Program-made: the position numbers and the translations under genes
Shown here: in pieces, positions 16,289-26,121 of the stretch
How positions within the stretch are numbered: position 1 is the first letter of the stretch
How the letters are laid out: every line of letters starts with the position of its first letter
Notes under the pieces: generated by a model
What the model was told of the DNA's origin: nothing
The model's input: only the letters and a program-made list of their open reading frames with translations
The model's database searches: none
Source: a virus
DNA: 64,000 nucleotides
Strand: one strand, 5' to 3'
IMG/VR virus record: IMGVR_UViG_3300045988_159959

Positions 16289-16318
16289 CAAACATACAAC
16301 TTTTGTATGCAATCATTG
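16289..16318 (-). promoter_or_regulatory. candidate promoter/operator upstream of DnaE-N
   Basis: The minus strand reads TATGTTTG (plus 16289-16296, matching TAnnTTTG) 25 nt upstream of the ATG at 16263. It overlaps the palindrome CATACAA-AAG-TTGTATG. A ~30-nt near copy lies at 26058-26087 in the opposite orientation. Confidence 0.35.
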
Positions 16319-16345
16319 TATGTTTTTACAATCCTTAACCCTGTT

Positions 16346-16894
16346 TTAACCTAAGTTCATTCTTGTGCTAAGTACACTTTTTATAAACTTCAATCGATTA
16401 AAAGGAGTGTCATTTGGTACTACTTCATAAGATAATCTTCTTTCCATCAAAAACTTTCTTATTTCTGCATCCCAACATTTTCTTCTTTCTGCGTCCGCCA
16501 TTCTTTCCCCATCACTCTCTACTTCCCAATAAATAGGGAAATAAAAGATAACAGGAAGGAAATATTCACTAACGTTTATAAAATCCAATTGTCTTTTCAG
16601 TTCTACATCTCTTTGAATAGAAGCAGGTATTGTTTTTGTAAACGTATGCACATCTATTATACCTCTATCGGAAACATAGCAATCTGTGTTCAGTAGTTCC
16701 GCATACTTGTCAAAAATCAGTTTTTGATTTTGGACAGAAGTAAAGGAAGGTTCTATCTTCCCTTCCTTTACCAACTGTCTTGTTATGCTATCTATTTTGT
16801 CGAACCGGTCAAATGATCTGTCTTTCTTTAAAAGCTCAAACACAGAAGTTTTTCCAACACACGAAGCTCCCAAAAAAGTTATAGCCCTAACCAT
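16346..16894 (-). CDS. P-loop NTPase / small-molecule kinase-like protein (182 aa)
   Basis: Walker A FLGASCVGKTS near the N-terminus; size and layout resemble nucleotide or nucleoside kinases. Substrate unknown. Confidence 0.4.
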   Translation of the reverse strand: MVRAITFLGASCVGKTSVFELLKKDRSFDRFDKIDSITRQLVKEGKIEPSFTSVQNQKLIFDKYAELLNTDCYVSDRGIIDVHTFTKTIPASIQRDVELKRQLDFINVSEYFLPVIFYFPIYWEVESDGERMADAERRKCWDAEIRKFLMERRLSYEVVPNDTPFNRLKFIKSVLSTRMNLG

Positions 16895-17448
16895 TACCGA
16901 TTATCTCCGTCACCATGAATTTTGTTTTCTGCCTTTCTCTTTGCCAGCTTTTCTACATTCTGCTTTGCAATGGATACCAAAGACTGATCTTGTTCCTTCC
17001 CTTCAATGAAAGTAACAAGATTCTGTAATCCTACAAGAATCTGTTCCAACGCCATATGACAAAGTTCTTTTCTCTTTTCAGGGAAAGGTTTACTGTAATC
17101 ATCGTCCCGGAAGTATTTCTTCACCTGTCCGTTAATGATACCTACTTGTTGAAGCAAATAGGACGGGTCTGCCCTGCGAATATCTTCACCATCCAATCTG
17201 TCTATTCCAATGTGTAATTCTTTGGGGAACTCAACCGGCGGCAATTGCAATTCCTGTCTTGTCATAGCGACATACCAAAGGACGTCTCCTATTTCCTTCA
17301 TGATCTCCTTTGCTTCGGCAGCGTTATCTACCTTTTCATAAACTTCTGCCAATTCATTGGTAAGTCCCATTATCACATACGGGATAGCTACCTCTTTTGC
17401 ATAACACGCTGTTGAAGCCGCGTGCGCTTCATACTCTTTAAAAGTCAT
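16894..17448 (-). CDS. MazG-like nucleotide pyrophosphohydrolase
   Basis: LTNELAEVYEKV ... KEIGDVLWYV helix pair typical of the all-alpha MazG family. 1-nt overlap with the downstream gene. Confidence 0.6.
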   Translation of the reverse strand: MTFKEYEAHAASTACYAKEVAIPYVIMGLTNELAEVYEKVDNAAEAKEIMKEIGDVLWYVAMTRQELQLPPVEFPKELHIGIDRLDGEDIRRADPSYLLQQVGIINGQVKKYFRDDDYSKPFPEKRKELCHMALEQILVGLQNLVTFIEGKEQDQSLVSIAKQNVEKLAKRKAENKIHGDGDNR

Positions 17449-17471
17449 AATACGAATTTAAATTAATTGAT

Positions 17472-17960
17472 TTACAACAACTTACCATCAAAACACATGA
17501 TAAGCCTTTTTATTTTGATGTTTGAATATTCCACATCTTTTTTCTTTCCGTTTACTTTGATAGTGACCGTTTGATTCTTTATATCGTTCTTCAAAATCCG
17601 ATACTCCTTGTCGTCATAAATGACAATCTGATCCTTCCCAAGTAAATAGATCATATCCCAAAACCACTGTGAGTTTCTTTTCTGCTCATTGGTGGAATAC
17701 TGGAAATTAGGAATACCAGTAGGGTTCAAAAATTCTTTCTCATAGAAAGAAAAGTATTCTTCTACTGAAAAGAAAATAGACCGTTTGAAATGTTTCTTTG
17801 CCAACAATTCAATCCGTTCTTTCTTAAATTCTGCAATATCATTTGCCATCTTGATAAATTCCGGCTTATCAAAGATAAGGCTCCTTACCTTATGGGTAAA
17901 GTATTCCAATTGGAGCACTTTCAAATATTCGTCTATCGACAATTCTCTGCTTCTATCCAT
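17472..17960 (-). CDS. hypothetical protein (162 aa)
   Basis: Track ORF, co-directional. Confidence 0.55.
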   Translation of the reverse strand: MDRSRELSIDEYLKVLQLEYFTHKVRSLIFDKPEFIKMANDIAEFKKERIELLAKKHFKRSIFFSVEEYFSFYEKEFLNPTGIPNFQYSTNEQKRNSQWFWDMIYLLGKDQIVIYDDKEYRILKNDIKNQTVTIKVNGKKKDVEYSNIKIKRLIMCFDGKLL

Positions 17961-18002
17961 CTGATCTTATGATTTGTAGTTTTCAACAAAAGTAGGAATA
18001 AC

Positions 18003-19007
18003 CTACCACATTTTCTTGATTTTAGAGACGTAAAAATTAATAGGATCATACAAGTTACTTAACACATCGTCCAGATAATCCATATCCATATCTCCCGGAT
18101 CAATACCGGGCTTATAAAGATAAGCTATCTTAGTGTTGAATGTTTTTGCAAGCATTAGTCCTGCACTTTTGGATTCTTCAACAGTTGCATCATCATACAT
18201 CAAGATCACATTCTCTACTCCTTTTCTTTCCAAATAGGATATTTGTTCCTTGCTTATACTGTTTCCAAAAGTAAACACACACTTCAAATCCCTGCAATCC
18301 CAAAGTTTTAAAAGATTATCTATACCTACCTTGTCAAACAATCCTTCTACTATTATCACATCTTTTACAGCAGGAGAAAGCTCATTGTAACCACCTAATA
18401 TTTTTGTAAAGTTCGTGCCTATACTGTTTTCGTACCGTAAATGCGGCTTAGTTCCGGTTTCTTTTGCCCTCTCCAAGTCTCTTTTATGCCACTCTTTAGA
18501 ATGCCTGCTTCTACCGAGCCACCCTACCAACTTATCATCCATTTTCATTTTAAAAATGATGTAGTTTTTCAAATCCTTCTCTAAAATAGATTTGGTTTCA
18601 GAAGGTTCAAAAAGTGCATAATGATACGCCCTAAACCCTCTTTCGTCCAAATAAGGGTCAGATTTCAGTCTTTCAAGACGAAGGGGAAGTTTTACTTCCG
18701 GCAGTTCTTCGGACACATCTTCGTCCTCATCATCTTTCAAAGGTGTAAGTTTTACACTTAATGAATTTTGATATTCCATTCGTATAAGGTCTTTCCTTCC
18801 TATCTTGTCCAGAAAATCCTTCAATGGTTTTTTGCTACCACATTTCCAACAATGAAATACTCCCCCGTGAGGATTTAAAAGAATCCCCCATTTCTTCGAC
18901 TTCCCACAATAGGGACAATCCATGTTTTTATTGGAGAGCCACCCTTGCGAACCAAACAACCGAAGTCCAATCGCTGCTTTTACTTCTTCTTCGTCTATCC
19001 GTATCAT
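18003..19007 (-). CDS. DnaG-like primase (zinc finger + TOPRIM)
   Basis: CPYCGKSKKWG..FHCWKCGSK zinc ribbon; TOPRIM-like IIVEGLFD and ILMYDDA acidic motifs. Directly downstream of the helicase. Confidence 0.65.
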   Translation of the reverse strand: MIRIDEEEVKAAIGLRLFGSQGWLSNKNMDCPYCGKSKKWGILLNPHGGVFHCWKCGSKKPLKDFLDKIGRKDLIRMEYQNSLSVKLTPLKDDEDEDVSEELPEVKLPLRLERLKSDPYLDERGFRAYHYALFEPSETKSILEKDLKNYIIFKMKMDDKLVGWLGRSRHSKEWHKRDLERAKETGTKPHLRYENSIGTNFTKILGGYNELSPAVKDVIIVEGLFDKVGIDNLLKLWDCRDLKCVFTFGNSISKEQISYLERKGVENVILMYDDATVEESKSAGLMLAKTFNTKIAYLYKPGIDPGDMDMDYLDDVLSNLYDPINFYVSKIKKMW

Positions 19008-19011
19008 AAAC

Positions 19012-20445
19012 CTAAATGCTTTCCATTTTCTCTGCTTCCGCCTTTTTCTTACGTGCCTGTTTTTTTACCTCTTTCCTTTCGGAAATTTGATTGTACATTT
19101 CCATCGTCCGCCCTCTGTGATAGAATCGTCTTTTGTCATAATTGGTAGCAATTGTAATCACTTCTTGACTTTCCTTGTAATCACGGAGCTTATCGACATA
19201 AATACGGGCTGTTGCATTTTCCTTTTCTTCTATTGTCATGTTCAAAGTAAACACAAAAGAAAAAGGCTTTACAAGCGTTTTGTCACCCTCCGTATAAGAA
19301 CGGTCAATTACCTTATCTGGATTGTTCCATACTTCAAACGGAACATCACTTGTCTGTGTGGCCGTAATAATAGGAGCACCTATTTCATCAGCCAAGTTCT
19401 TTAATAACTGGGCACAAGTCTGTAACTTTTCTTTCTTGTGGTCGGGATCGGAATCTATCTTTTTGGATATACCGGTCTTTACCAAATCCAGAGAATCGAG
19501 TATTACCAATCCGGGGAACTTGCCATGTGTATTAAAATAGTCATAACAAAGTTGCCGGACATCCCCCATAGAAGCCTGTCCGAACTTTTTAAATCCATAC
19601 ACTTCAATATCAGAACTAAGTTCCTTTACTTCTTTGATAGCCTGTTCTATCTTCTTTCTGTCCTTTGGACTGATATTGCCGGATTTAATATCGGAATAGG
19701 ATTGGGCAGACCATAATTGATCGTATATTTGCATACAGGCTTTAACGCCTCCTTCCAATTGAATATGAAGAACCGGTACACCTCTAATAGCAGCAGAATA
19801 CCCATGCCATTTTAATACACTGCTCTTACCAACTCCGCTTCGAGCAATCCAAAGAGATGTATCTCCTATTTCCATCCCACCAAAAGAAACATCATCCAAC
19901 CTATCTATTCCAAAAGGCACTTTTACGGGCTTTTCAGAGGCAATATCTCCTTCCATGCGTCTTTCTACCATCCGTTCATGAAAACCTCCAAAAACAGACT
20001 GAAAACCACCTGATTTGGAACGAAACGACATTTCCAATATCCTTTGGGATTCTTCGGCATTGACACGTATTGCTTCTTCCTTCTTTCCTTCTTCGTACAA
20101 GTCATGCACTTTTCTTGAAAGAAGTTCAAATTCTGTTTCCTTGACAAAAGACTGCAATTGGTCTATTGCAATTTCCCTATCTATCAAAGCCGCCTTCTTT
20201 ATTTCCTTTGCCGCATCTTGTACGACATCTTCATCAGCAAATTTCTGACAAATAGCACCAATAGAAGGTAACTTATTCTTTTCTGTATATTGTATGATCG
20301 CTTCCCTAAGAATGAATTTATAGCCCGACCATTCTTTAGGAATCAATTCATATTTCAAATATTCCGAAGCTATACGCATTATGACTTCATCAGAAAACAT
20401 CAATTTAAAGATTTCTGCCATGAAGCCGGGATTCAGTTTGCCCAT
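19012..20445 (-). CDS. dnaB: DnaB-family replicative helicase
   Basis: Walker A WIARSGVGKSSVL, Walker B LVILDSLDL, N-terminal helical domain; 477 aa. Confidence 0.7.
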   Translation of the reverse strand: MGKLNPGFMAEIFKLMFSDEVIMRIASEYLKYELIPKEWSGYKFILREAIIQYTEKNKLPSIGAICQKFADEDVVQDAAKEIKKAALIDREIAIDQLQSFVKETEFELLSRKVHDLYEEGKKEEAIRVNAEESQRILEMSFRSKSGGFQSVFGGFHERMVERRMEGDIASEKPVKVPFGIDRLDDVSFGGMEIGDTSLWIARSGVGKSSVLKWHGYSAAIRGVPVLHIQLEGGVKACMQIYDQLWSAQSYSDIKSGNISPKDRKKIEQAIKEVKELSSDIEVYGFKKFGQASMGDVRQLCYDYFNTHGKFPGLVILDSLDLVKTGISKKIDSDPDHKKEKLQTCAQLLKNLADEIGAPIITATQTSDVPFEVWNNPDKVIDRSYTEGDKTLVKPFSFVFTLNMTIEEKENATARIYVDKLRDYKESQEVITIATNYDKRRFYHRGRTMEMYNQISERKEVKKQARKKKAEAEKMESI

Positions 20446-20458
20446 TTCCTATATTGTT

Positions 20459-23248
20459 TTACACCATGTTTATGCTAAAACTATTGCCTGATCCGTTTTC
20501 TTCACGAAGGGTATGTATAGATAAAAAGTTTGACATCACAATGTCGTCATGTCCTGAACTCGCTTCCAATTTCCCTTTATCGCTTCTGAAAGTAACGGAT
20601 GCAAACTCACTAAACATCAACTCTATTTTTTGTCTTGTCTCCCCTTCCTTGTAAGGAACTTTAATCTGCCCTCTTTCAAACATAGCAGATAAGGATGGTA
20701 GACCGGAATAGAGGTCTTTCTTATTTCCTTCTGTTGTTGTAAACTGCTCGATATTGGAAAGCCCCCTTTCCCTTGCAAGTGCAGACAAAATTCCCTGAAA
20801 ACCATTTGATTCACATACTATTTTATCCGGTTTGTATAAGCGGTTAAAAAGAACAATCTTATCTACCTGTTCGTTATGAGACATTCCTTTCGCACGAAAA
20901 TAGTTTATCAAATAAAAATTATTCGAATAGTCGATACCCCAAACAGAATAAACAGTGTAGTCCGCACCAATATTACCGGATACAGCAAAGTCACATCCTA
21001 CCACTACTCTTTGAAGCTCAAACGGGAAAAATTCTATACTGTCAGCAAAAGAAACCTTGTCCATTCCCACAGTTGACCTTCTTAAATACTCATAAGGGAA
21101 AATGGTTGAGTTATCAGAAATAGGGATAACCAAATACTCACGAGCAAATACAATAGAACCAAGTTCTATTCTTTTTGTCTTTATATCTTCAAAGGTGTAC
21201 CTATCCGGTGCAAGTGGTCTGCCATCCGGGAAAACAATAGGATATTCAAACGAATAGAAGCGTTTATCACCTTTTATCACATTGTACAATTCATTCGGAG
21301 CAGTTGAGTAAGGTGTACCGGATACAATTAAATATCCGTATGGTTCTACAATAGGTGTAATCGTACCTCTAAAAACTTCTTTTAGTTTTTCCCTTTGCTC
21401 GTCACTATACAAAGAACTCTCGTCCGGCATATCGTCTATAATCGCCGCGCCAACGTGAAGCCCACGAATAAACCCATCCTTACCGCGAACATGAAGAATG
21501 GCTCCGTTCTCACCTTCTATCGCTGTTTCACCCAGCTTTGCTTTCCCATTCGGATCAATCTTTTCCTTTAGAATATCGTTAGTAGTGATTTCTTCTATGA
21601 TCTTGTTCACATGCACTTTTGCAAGTGTCATAGTGTTTGTGATCATAGCCGTCTCTTTCCGGTTCTTATTGTCAACCGTATCACCTCCATATAACATAGG
21701 ACGTGTGTAGGAATACAAACGCCACAAGGGGAAAGAGTAGCACCACATATAGCTGTTATGAACTACTGTACCGTCTGCAAGCAGAAACTTATGATCTCCA
21801 TCACAGGTAAAACCGTAATAGTCGTCATCACCAACTGGCGTTACCGTTAAAGATGAAACCTGCGTATCTTGAACTTGTTCTATAAATTCTACTTGCTTTC
21901 TTTTGATCTTTGTTGGCACGTTATGTAGCTTTCCAGAAATATGCAATCTATAAAAAACATAATCTTTCAAAACATATTCGCCTCTTTTTTCTGTTTTTAC
22001 TTTAATATCCTTTCTTTCTTCCGTTACGGTTTTACACCTTAAACCAAGTGACCATGCTAATTGCTGAACCTGATAAGCCAAAATTTTACTTTTAGAAGAA
22101 TATTCAAAACTTCTATTTGTTTTATTAAGTCCTTTCCTTTTGGCTCTGTCGGCATCACAACTTCCATCTGTATCTAATATTCCTGCCAATAGCTCCATTC
22201 TTTGCTGATAAGAAGCTCGCATATAAATATCCGGGATATGCTTGTTTTTTATAAGATCAAGTTCTTTCAACTCTTTGTTAAGATTGATATTTCCTTCGTG
22301 AATGGAAATAGACATCTTACTTGCTCTCGTCCCATCTTTCCAGCTTTTCACATATCCTCCAATCCTATCTGCATATCCTTTTATATATTCATATATTTCA
22401 TCATCTGGATTACAAATAACAGAATTGTCCGAATACCCATCACCCAGCCAAATTCCCAAAAAATAAGGCTCAATGGGAAGGCTCTGCTCTGGAAGTTCCC
22501 ATCCGTTTACTCTATACCCCAATACCTTCTTTTGAGAATACCCAACGTGTGTTGGTATCTTTTCAACAGGAATATCTTCATATTCAATAACGGTATGGCT
22601 ACGATATGGCTTAACTCCTTTTACTCTTTTTGTGTACCTTACTCTTGCGCAAACCAAATGACCTTCGTTTACTGTATAGGACATTGCGTAAGATTGATCT
22701 ACCCGATACATAGGTGCTCTACCTCTATGTAACTGCAATACCGTTCTTGGAGTTGAATCAACCCCCATCACCTTGTCCCCAACTTTAATATTTTGGATTT
22801 TCTCTATCGAACCATCCGCCATAACTATCGGAGTATCAATAAGATTGCACTTACCGGCTCCGCGCGCGCACAAATAACTACTCCACGGAAAGAGTTGTGT
22901 AAGGTTCCCCCATTCCAAATTTCTCCATCCTAAATTAAAATTAGAAAGGACAGTCGCATTGAAATAGTTATATGAAAGGATTCTTAGGTTTTCATCCATT
23001 GAAGCAAACAAATTATCCACATATCCCAATTTTTCAGTATCGAGAGATCGTCCAAAATTCATTGCATACTCTGTCTGATCTATAATAGTTTCAAGCATCT
23101 TGTCCATATCCCTTTTATATCCCCCTGAAAAGAGTTGAGATATAGTAGGAGAAGGAAGCCTGTCTATTATATCGTCCACAGTAGTAAACAACCTCTTTGC
23201 TTGCAAATCGGTCAGAATCCCACCTTTTGAATTATATACTATCGCCAT
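20459..23248 (-). CDS. terL: terminase large subunit, interrupted by a LAGLIDADG intein in the Walker A loop
   Basis: CARGAGK / intein / SYMW; downstream Walker B-like AAIIDDMPDE; RNase-H-like nuclease region VVGCDFAVSG..DYTV..HDDIVMS. Confidence 0.85.
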   Translation of the reverse strand: MAIVYNSKGGILTDLQAKRLFTTVDDIIDRLPSPTISQLFSGGYKRDMDKMLETIIDQTEYAMNFGRSLDTEKLGYVDNLFASMDENLRILSYNYFNATVLSNFNLGWRNLEWGNLTQLFPWSSYLCARGAGKCNLIDTPIVMADGSIEKIQNIKVGDKVMGVDSTPRTVLQLHRGRAPMYRVDQSYAMSYTVNEGHLVCARVRYTKRVKGVKPYRSHTVIEYEDIPVEKIPTHVGYSQKKVLGYRVNGWELPEQSLPIEPYFLGIWLGDGYSDNSVICNPDDEIYEYIKGYADRIGGYVKSWKDGTRASKMSISIHEGNINLNKELKELDLIKNKHIPDIYMRASYQQRMELLAGILDTDGSCDADRAKRKGLNKTNRSFEYSSKSKILAYQVQQLAWSLGLRCKTVTEERKDIKVKTEKRGEYVLKDYVFYRLHISGKLHNVPTKIKRKQVEFIEQVQDTQVSSLTVTPVGDDDYYGFTCDGDHKFLLADGTVVHNSYMWCYSFPLWRLYSYTRPMLYGGDTVDNKNRKETAMITNTMTLAKVHVNKIIEEITTNDILKEKIDPNGKAKLGETAIEGENGAILHVRGKDGFIRGLHVGAAIIDDMPDESSLYSDEQREKLKEVFRGTITPIVEPYGYLIVSGTPYSTAPNELYNVIKGDKRFYSFEYPIVFPDGRPLAPDRYTFEDIKTKRIELGSIVFAREYLVIPISDNSTIFPYEYLRRSTVGMDKVSFADSIEFFPFELQRVVVGCDFAVSGNIGADYTVYSVWGIDYSNNFYLINYFRAKGMSHNEQVDKIVLFNRLYKPDKIVCESNGFQGILSALARERGLSNIEQFTTTEGNKKDLYSGLPSLSAMFERGQIKVPYKEGETRQKIELMFSEFASVTFRSDKGKLEASSGHDDIVMSNFLSIHTLREENGSGNSFSINMV
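21755..22849 (-). mobile_element. intein (365 aa) with a LAGLIDADG homing endonuclease in the TerL P-loop
   Basis: Starts CNLIDTPIVMADG directly after GAGK. Two LAGLIDADG motifs (YFLGIWLGDGY, ELLAGILDTDGS). Ends DGTVVHN followed by Ser+1. Confidence 0.85.
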
Positions 23249-23251
23249 GCT

Positions 23252-23908
23252 TTACAAAGCAAATTTTTCTCGGAAAGGATTCTTGACCGTCATACCAGCT
23301 TGTTCGGTAGCTGTTCCTTCTCCTCGAAGTTTCTTTACGAAATTTATCATAAGTAGTGCGTTTGCATAGGTATCGTCACCGGCGCGGTGAGCATGAACCA
23401 AATCAATGCCTTCTTTGTCACAAATGGTATGTAGTTGATAGTTTTCCGATTCTGTATAAGCCATGTGAGACAATTGCATCGTATCTACCGAAAACTTTAC
23501 ATACTTGCTTAGATCGTCTCCCATGAACTTGAAAAAGTTCTCCAAAAAAGCATTATCAAACCCTACTATATTGTGTCCACAAAGCGTACATAATTGACGC
23601 GGGTTTTTGTACCTTTTAAAAATCTCCAGACACTTTTTGTAAGCCTCTTTTAACGAAATTGCCTTTTCATTCTGGATAGATTCAGTAATGCCATGTATTA
23701 CTTCCGCTTCTGCGCTATAAACCAACCCTTCTTTATAGTCATGTGGCAAAATCATAGACACTTCTTCACATATCTCCAGTTTTTCCATATCTATGACCAC
23801 AAACGCAATTTCTATAAGTGCAATCGTATCAAAAGCCAGCCTATCCTTTGAAGGTAGACCTCCAGTCTCCACGTCATAACATATCAAATACTTACTCGAA
23901 CTTTTCAT
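23252..23908 (-). CDS. DnaQ/DEDDh-type 3'-5' exonuclease
   Basis: Exo I ICYDVETGG, Exo II GHNIVGFDNAFL, Exo III HRAGDDTYA. Confidence 0.75.
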   Translation of the reverse strand: MKSSSKYLICYDVETGGLPSKDRLAFDTIALIEIAFVVIDMEKLEICEEVSMILPHDYKEGLVYSAEAEVIHGITESIQNEKAISLKEAYKKCLEIFKRYKNPRQLCTLCGHNIVGFDNAFLENFFKFMGDDLSKYVKFSVDTMQLSHMAYTESENYQLHTICDKEGIDLVHAHRAGDDTYANALLMINFVKKLRGEGTATEQAGMTVKNPFREKFAL

Positions 23909-23921
23909 TTTCTTCTCCTTT

Positions 23922-24149
23922 CTATTTTGTTTCTTTCACAAGTTTCCACAACCTTACATTGCTACCTGCCGGTACACAAGGAACAATACTCAACCCTTCT
24001 CCCAAATAGGAAGGGACTTTGCCCGTTGCCGCATAAGCCCTGATATTCCAGTATGAAAACTTTCCACCATCTTTCTTTTTATAATGCTCATTGAAATAGT
24101 CTGTCATTCCAACGAGATTCAAATTTTTTACTATAATTTCCGTTGCCAT
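23922..24149 (-). CDS. hypothetical protein (75 aa)
   Basis: Track ORF, co-directional. Confidence 0.45.
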   Translation of the reverse strand: MATEIIVKNLNLVGMTDYFNEHYKKKDGGKFSYWNIRAYAATGKVPSYLGEGLSIVPCVPAGSNVRLWKLVKETK

Positions 24150-24155
24150 TAATTG

Positions 24156-24560
24156 TTAATTCAACACTAATTTCAGTCTATCGAAATCACGAGAACAAGT
24201 TTCCTCGCTTTCATACCGGACATGAATGTTTTTGTAAGGATTATCCTTTAACGTTACATCGTCCGGCATTCTATTTATGATTATTTCCGGTACACCTTCA
24301 TCTGTATAATCCATTTCTGCGGAAACAATAAATATCCTTGTCAGTGCCAATTTCCCATCAGAGAACACAAACATACGCTGTTTTTTTGTATAGTCTCTTT
24401 CTGACCACTTAATACATTCTTCGGTAAAGTCAACAATACTTTCCGTATCTTGAAGTACTATCACATCTTCCAGCTTTCCTTTCAGAACGTTTAACTTCAA
24501 ATCCCCAAATAAATTTGCAATGGATTGAAGTAATACCTCTATGTTTTCATCTATTCGCAT
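24156..24560 (-). CDS. hypothetical protein (134 aa)
   Basis: Track ORF, co-directional. Confidence 0.55.
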   Translation of the reverse strand: MRIDENIEVLLQSIANLFGDLKLNVLKGKLEDVIVLQDTESIVDFTEECIKWSERDYTKKQRMFVFSDGKLALTRIFIVSAEMDYTDEGVPEIIINRMPDDVTLKDNPYKNIHVRYESEETCSRDFDRLKLVLN

Positions 24561-24715
24561 ACATCCAATTCAATTAAATGTTCATATTCTCTAAGGACTT
24601 CCCTTGTTCTCCCATTCTGTACTTTCACTACCAGCATAGTACCATCTTCCGTTTGATAGGAATCGGCTACCTCACCTTCAAAGTAGTAACATCCTTCTGT
24701 CCAACATACTGTCAT
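24551..24715 (-). CDS. possible small ORF (54 aa), below the track cutoff
   Basis: My own translation: MTVCWTEGCYYFEGEVADSYQTEDGTMLVVKVQNGRTREVLREYEHLIELDVCE. It fills an otherwise empty 175-nt gap, and its stop overlaps the next ATG. Confidence 0.3.
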   Translation of the reverse strand: MTVCWTEGCYYFEGEVADSYQTEDGTMLVVKVQNGRTREVLREYEHLIELDVCE

Positions 24716-24735
24716 GATATTTTTTAATTTAAAAG

Positions 24736-25080
24736 TTATACAATCTCTCTTTCGTTAAATTCATGTAATCTGTGGCAAGCGGAACAAAGAAGTTCAATAT
24801 TGTTCTTGTCCATCTTCAAATCCGGTCTTGCACCTCTTGATCTGATATGAGAAAAGAAAATAGCTTTCGGTTCGTCCCCTAAAGGCTTTCCACATTTTAC
24901 ACAAACATGTGGTCTTTCTTCCCATATCTCCATAAATAGGGATTGAAGATCGCCCCTGCGTTCTTTGGTTGTTTCCGTATCGCATTCCTTACAGAGCCAC
25001 TTCATCCTATTGTAGATATAATGGTTTTCACCACATCTTTTACAAGGACGATACTGCCATTTCTCTTTTTTTTTCAACAT
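24736..25080 (-). CDS. small HNH-type endonuclease (114 aa)
   Basis: Cys pairs CKRCG / CKEC / CVKCG; FSHIRSRGARPDLKMDKNNIELLCSACH (His...Asn...His pattern). Confidence 0.55.
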   Translation of the reverse strand: MLKKKEKWQYRPCKRCGENHYIYNRMKWLCKECDTETTKERRGDLQSLFMEIWEERPHVCVKCGKPLGDEPKAIFFSHIRSRGARPDLKMDKNNIELLCSACHRLHEFNEREIV

Positions 25081-25081
25081 A

Positions 25082-25309
25082 TCACCAATTCCCCATTAAC
25101 TTACCATCTTTCACAAAAGCCCAAAAACCTACCGGTTCCTCCTTTGTCCGTAAAGGAATAAACAGTATATCGCCAGAAGTATTCCCTCTACATAAGACTT
25201 TCTTTCCATTATTAGCAGGAACGTATCCCCACATACCCCTTTCCAACTTTTCTTCTTCCGACAAAGAATCCAGGAATCTCTGTCTTGCTTTACGTTTTCT
25301 CTTTCCCAT
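25082..25309 (-). CDS. hypothetical protein (75 aa)
   Basis: Track ORF; 1-nt gaps to its neighbours. Confidence 0.45.
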   Translation of the reverse strand: MGKRKRKARQRFLDSLSEEEKLERGMWGYVPANNGKKVLCRGNTSGDILFIPLRTKEEPVGFWAFVKDGKLMGNW

Positions 25310-25310
25310 A

Positions 25311-25532
25311 CTATCTGTTTTTGTTTTGTATTCTGTTAAACCTTTCTACAATTTTGCATACATAATCCAGCTTTGCTTCACTTTCTTTGCTTGAAAAATA
25401 GATGAATCCGTAACTTTTGATCCACAATGTATTTCCAAAGCAAGCGTACCTTACAACAAACAATTCAGCTCTTTTCGTATCATAAAAACAAGGAACGATC
25501 CTTACTTCCAATTCTTTTCCTTTCTTTCCCAT
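25311..25532 (-). CDS. hypothetical protein (73 aa)
   Basis: Track ORF, co-directional. Confidence 0.45.
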   Translation of the reverse strand: MGKKGKELEVRIVPCFYDTKRAELFVVRYACFGNTLWIKSYGFIYFSSKESEAKLDYVCKIVERFNRIQNKNR

Positions 25533-25537
25533 ATTCT

Positions 25538-26035
25538 TTAGTTTTTGTACTTTTCTTCACACAGCTTTATATACCGACATCCCTTACATTTTTCGTCATG
25601 ATATAAAAAACCATCGTAGCTTTCACAAAGGATATAGCCTCTCGGAGAATTGAAATAAAGGCATCTTTCTTTGTCCAAATAGGATTCTGTGATACATTCT
25701 TCTTTCTTGATAGGATTGCAAAGATCATGCTCCATTACAAATTTAGAAACAAACCACATATCTCTTTGCGTTCGGTTTCTCCATCTTTCAATAGCTGCCT
25801 TTCCTATTACATTTGCAAGAGGAACCATGCTCAACTTTGACACTGACAAAAGAAAAACTTGTCTGTGGAATTGAAAGGTAAGATAGTTCCACAAATCGCC
25901 CACTATCTCGTTTTCAAGAAAATTACTTATCTTTTCCTTGTCTTTTCTTTTCATACGAAACTCGTACATAGGGTTGTTTGTCAGTTTCCCTTGTAAGTAT
26001 TCGTAAATCTCCTTAAATTCTTCTTTTCTTGTCAT
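25538..26035 (-). CDS. hypothetical protein (165 aa), Cys-rich C-terminus
   Basis: Track ORF. C-terminal CESYDGFLYHDEKCKGCRYIKLC. Confidence 0.55.
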   Translation of the reverse strand: MTRKEEFKEIYEYLQGKLTNNPMYEFRMKRKDKEKISNFLENEIVGDLWNYLTFQFHRQVFLLSVSKLSMVPLANVIGKAAIERWRNRTQRDMWFVSKFVMEHDLCNPIKKEECITESYLDKERCLYFNSPRGYILCESYDGFLYHDEKCKGCRYIKLCEEKYKN

Positions 26036-26100
26036 TGCTATCGAAATTAGATTTATACAATCATTGCATACAAAAGTTGCATGTTTTAAGTGATAAAAGA

Positions 26101-26121
26101 AGGGGAAGTTTTTGTTCCCCT
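26101..26121 (-). terminator. hairpin terminator candidate
   Basis: AGGGGAA-N7-TTCCCCT. On the minus strand it is followed by TTCTTTTATC, downstream of gene 26152-26718. Confidence 0.45.

Noticed and set aside
12900-16300. Complete IS200/IS605 element (TnpA + IscB with defined LE/RE hairpins)
   Set aside because: No Y1/HUH transposase ORF is present. The 69-nt 3' flank has only weak AT hairpins. I could not define the element ends or a target-site motif from the sequence alone.
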